Source of the DNA: the human T2T-CHM13v2.0 reference genome, Homo sapiens
Assembly: GCF_009914755.1 (NCBI RefSeq)
Contig: NC_060931.1
Reading direction: 5' to 3' (one strand)
DNA: 64,000 nt
This document shows positions 60,747 to 64,000 of this stretch, piece after piece; within the stretch, counting starts at the first letter, position 1, and the number at the start of each line of letters is the position of its first letter. The position numbers were made by a program, and so were the translations under genes. The notes beneath the pieces were generated by a model that ran no database searches, was not told where the DNA came from, and saw nothing but the letters and a program-made list of their open reading frames with translations.

Positions 60747-60773
60747 ACACACACACACAGACACACAGACACA

Positions 60774-60815
<42 letters not shown>
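60747..60815. repeat. (CA)n microsatellite, compound
   Basis: Direct observation. Confidence 0.95.
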
Positions 60816-60818
<3 letters not shown>

Positions 60819-61715
60819 CAAAAGACTCTAACTTTTAGGATGCCTCTAGTCTCCTAAAAATAGTTCAGCCTCCTTGATGTTAAGAAGGAAGCGGTCGAAA
60901 ATTGTTCACAGGTGGCTCCACCGTGTCCTAGGCTAGAGGTGGTTTCGGGGAAGGGAAAAAGGAAGAGGGCAAAGCATGAGTCTGGATGAAACTGCTCATC
61001 GGGATTTCTGTGCCAAACATGATTGGATGTCGGAATAATGACAGTGATTTTCCAGAAATGAATCTTTCCTCCACTGGAGATTATAAGTACTGATTACAGC
61101 TGAAGGTCTGTGGGACCCATTCCAGCAAAAAGAGATGACAATAATCCTGAGAAGGACTGATAGCAGAGAATTTTGTAGTAAAAAATTTGCGGTGAAGAGA
61201 GGTACCATTTGCCTTTTCATTTTAAAGGATTTTACTCCTCTTTTGAGTGAAATAGCTAAAAGAAGATACAGGCTAAAGGACAAAGAGCAGTGCTGTTTCC
61301 ATTCTTATGATATTTCTTCTCAGTATACAATGTGGCAATATATTACCTTTCGTAAGCATCCTCTGGTGACTTAAGAATGATAGGTATGTCTCAGAAGTTC
61401 AAAAGAAAGCATACTTCTAATTTTCAGTTTCAGCAGATAGAAATAACACAAATTACTTTGACAGTAGAATAATAAAATCAGATATAAAATGATGTATTAT
61501 AACCATTGAAATAATAGAATTTCCTTCCATAAGGTACCTTGAATTCGTGTAGACCAACCTATTATGTGGCACAAGTTTTGGGACACAACCCTCGTGTGCA
61601 TTCCAGATTCATTACATCTTGATTAGTAGATGTTTTCGTTGTTGGTTTATTGACAAGATAAGTAAAATGTGGCCCAGAGAATCAAAATGAGTTCTCCAAG
61701 TTTGTGTTAACTTAA

Positions 61716-61820
61716 CTGAGTGACTTTCCTTCTTTCTACTCTTCTAATCCCATGTATCACAGAACTCCAATATCCTATGGTAACATAATTTAGGATATAT
61801 GTTTCATTGGCCAACAGAAT
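61716..61820 (-). pseudogene. Candidate exon (105 nt, phase 0-0)
   Basis: Acceptor tcctcttcacaacttttaaag; open frame ILLANETYILNYVTIGYWSSVIHGIRRVERRKVTQ; donor CAG|ttaagt, apparently gtaagt with G>T. Confidence 0.45.
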
Positions 61821-62109
61821 CTTTAAAAGTTGTGAAGAGGATATAAGCTGCCTTTTTTTTTTTTTTTTTGTATCTCCGACTATAATCTTGATATCAGGAT
61901 ATGGGGACTGCCATTGTTCACCACAAAAGCACTTCCCACAATATGGAGCTTGTGACCGCAGGTGGAATGTGGATTCCAGCCCCTTTGCACATTCATGCCT
62001 TGTAGGTCTGATACTCAAGACAGGCAGTGGCTGCCACCTCTCTTTTCCCTTTTAAACTTCTGGTGAGTATATCTCATTGGCACAATCTGTATTGCATGTA
62101 GAATTCTAC

Positions 62110-62214
62110 CTGCAAGGGATTTGGGGATAAAAGTTTTTTTCTTTCCAAAAACTTTCATGCACAAAGAAAAAATTGGACTGAATACTGAATGCAGTAAACA
62201 TTATCTGGCACAGT
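62110..62214 (-). pseudogene. Candidate exon (105 nt, phase 0-0)
   Basis: Acceptor ttccatttacag, donor CAG|gtagaa; [34 protein letters not shown]. Confidence 0.45.
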
Positions 62215-62271
62215 CTGTAAATGGAATTGTAAACTCCTTCAAGATTTTGAATTTTTTCCACTTTCACTTTT

Positions 62272-62558
62272 TTTTTTGAGACGGAGTCTCGCTCTGTCAC
62301 CCAGGCTGGAGTGCAGTGACGCGATCTTGGCTTACTGCAACCTCTGCCTCCTGAGTTCAAGCGATTCTTCTGTCTCAGGATCCCAAGGAGCTGGTATTAC
62401 AGGCACTGCCACCATGCCTGGCTAATTTATGTATTTTTAGTAGAGATGGGGTTTCTCCGTGTTGGCCAGGCTGGTCTCAAACTTTTGACCTCTGGTGATC
62501 CAGCCGCCTCGGCCTCCCAAACTGCTAGGAATACAGGCGTAAGCCACTGCGCCTGGCC
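62272..62558 (-). mobile_element. AluS (Sx/Sz-like)
   Basis: Full dimer; TSD ccactYtcactttt. Confidence 0.92.
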
Positions 62559-64000
62559 CCACTCTCACTTTTGATTCACCTTTTAGGTGACTATAGAGAC
62601 CAGAATGACCTTTATTTTCTCAGTCCTCAGCACTGAGAAAATATAATTATAATGTTCTCTGGTGTTATTTTCCTTTAGAAAGAGTGCATTTGGTTTTGTT
62701 GGCTGTAGTGTACCGTCTACAGAAGCCTTAATCCAATTCAGCCAGAGCCTGAATATTTATATTTTAGCTATGGGTATCCCCAACAGCTACCCCTCTACGA
62801 ATGCATTTTTTACGGAAACTCCAACCCGCTTTAAGATGGGGGATATTGTTAAGATTTTTATTGTCATAGTGGTCACTGGCTCTCTATCATGTTTCTTCAT
62901 TTTTACTAATCCTGTTTAGCATTTATTGTATTACTTCAAACTTAAGATTCACAGTTTTTCAGTCATGTAAAACCAGCCACTTCCTCTTTGAACATTAGCT
63001 ATCCTCTGTGCATTTTCTCTTTCTCTAGAACTCTTATTTTATGTATATTTAACAATCTCGTTAGGTTCCATGTATTACTTAAAGCTAATATCTCATCTTC
63101 TGACTCATTGTGGTATTAAAACTCATGTGCTAGCCTGTAAGCTGATTACCTTTAGGGATGACAGGTGTTTTCTGCCCCACAGGCATTCAATTATTGCTTA
63201 GAATTGAATGAATATTCATTTATTTTAATAGTGCTGATATTATGTAGTGTAAGGAATTGCTAGATGCTGAAGTGGGAAGAGATCCAGTTTACCTAGATCT
63301 CCTTGTTACAGGAAATGGAAGTGTTGTTAGCCACTGTTCTGTTTGTTTAAATATGTCCCTCTTACATTATCTTCAAGTTGGTCCTATACTGATTCCTCAT
63401 TGTTGGATGAAGTTTTTTTTTAAATAATTTTTTTTAAAAAGTATACTAGAGCAGATAGAAGAAAGTGAGTTTATTCACAGGTATCTTAGATGTCTTTTCT
63501 ATACATTTTCTGCTTCCTCTAAGCAGTTTCTCTCTGATAATAGTTATGTCTGTGTTCTAGGTAAGTTGAACGTGCAAGTGGCCAGCAGCAAGGCCATGAA
63601 GTTGTTCCCCTTTCATGCAGTGATTTAACACATTTGTCTTTCCCCAGCTGACTAGTTTTATTAGCTATGGAGCTGATTGCCACCCACATTTTTCTCCCTC
63701 ACTTTCCCATACTGGCAGCCCGACAGCTTGCTTTTCTCCCAGAGGTATGACTACAAAATTCTTCATTTGGATTATACTTTCCTGAGGCCACATCAAAGAA
63801 GGCTGAACCATCCCCAGCAATGCCCAAACACAGTCCAACTTGCTTTTCCAACAAGATACGGAGGTTTTGCAATTTACTTTTATAGGCTGTGTACAGAGCT
63901 CTCATCCATCCTCAGTTTTCTCACTCCCAAAACCAGACCCAACTGTCATAGCCTTTGCCAGCCTCATGTCATCTTTGGCTCAGGAATACATTTTTTCCCC

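Overview
AT-rich human genomic DNA (a human-specific AluYb8/Yb9 element is present), dominated by interspersed repeats: many L1 fragments, one ~5 kb L1, Alus, ERV9 LTR12 solo LTRs, THE1/MLT1 MaLR LTRs, MER21/MER4/MER34-like LTRs, MIR and L2. I find no intact protein-coding gene; the ORF-track entries are mostly repeat-derived or chance ORFs. The main non-repeat signal is a chain of about 17 candidate minus-strand exons between ~62.9 kb and ~27.8 kb. Most have recognisable AG/GT splice signals, the intron phases mostly match, and the translations look protein-like but carry scattered stops and frameshifts. One exon is split by a MER21 LTR. This reads as a decayed, intron-containing (possibly unitary) pseudogene whose protein I cannot name. 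Exon frames were chosen by eye, so individual exons are tentative. Other points of interest are a three-level THE1>LTR12C>AluYb9 nest, a twin-primed L1 inversion, a local templated insertion and a young 86-bp x3 tandem repeat. Repeat subfamily calls are from memory of consensus sequences, not from a database search.
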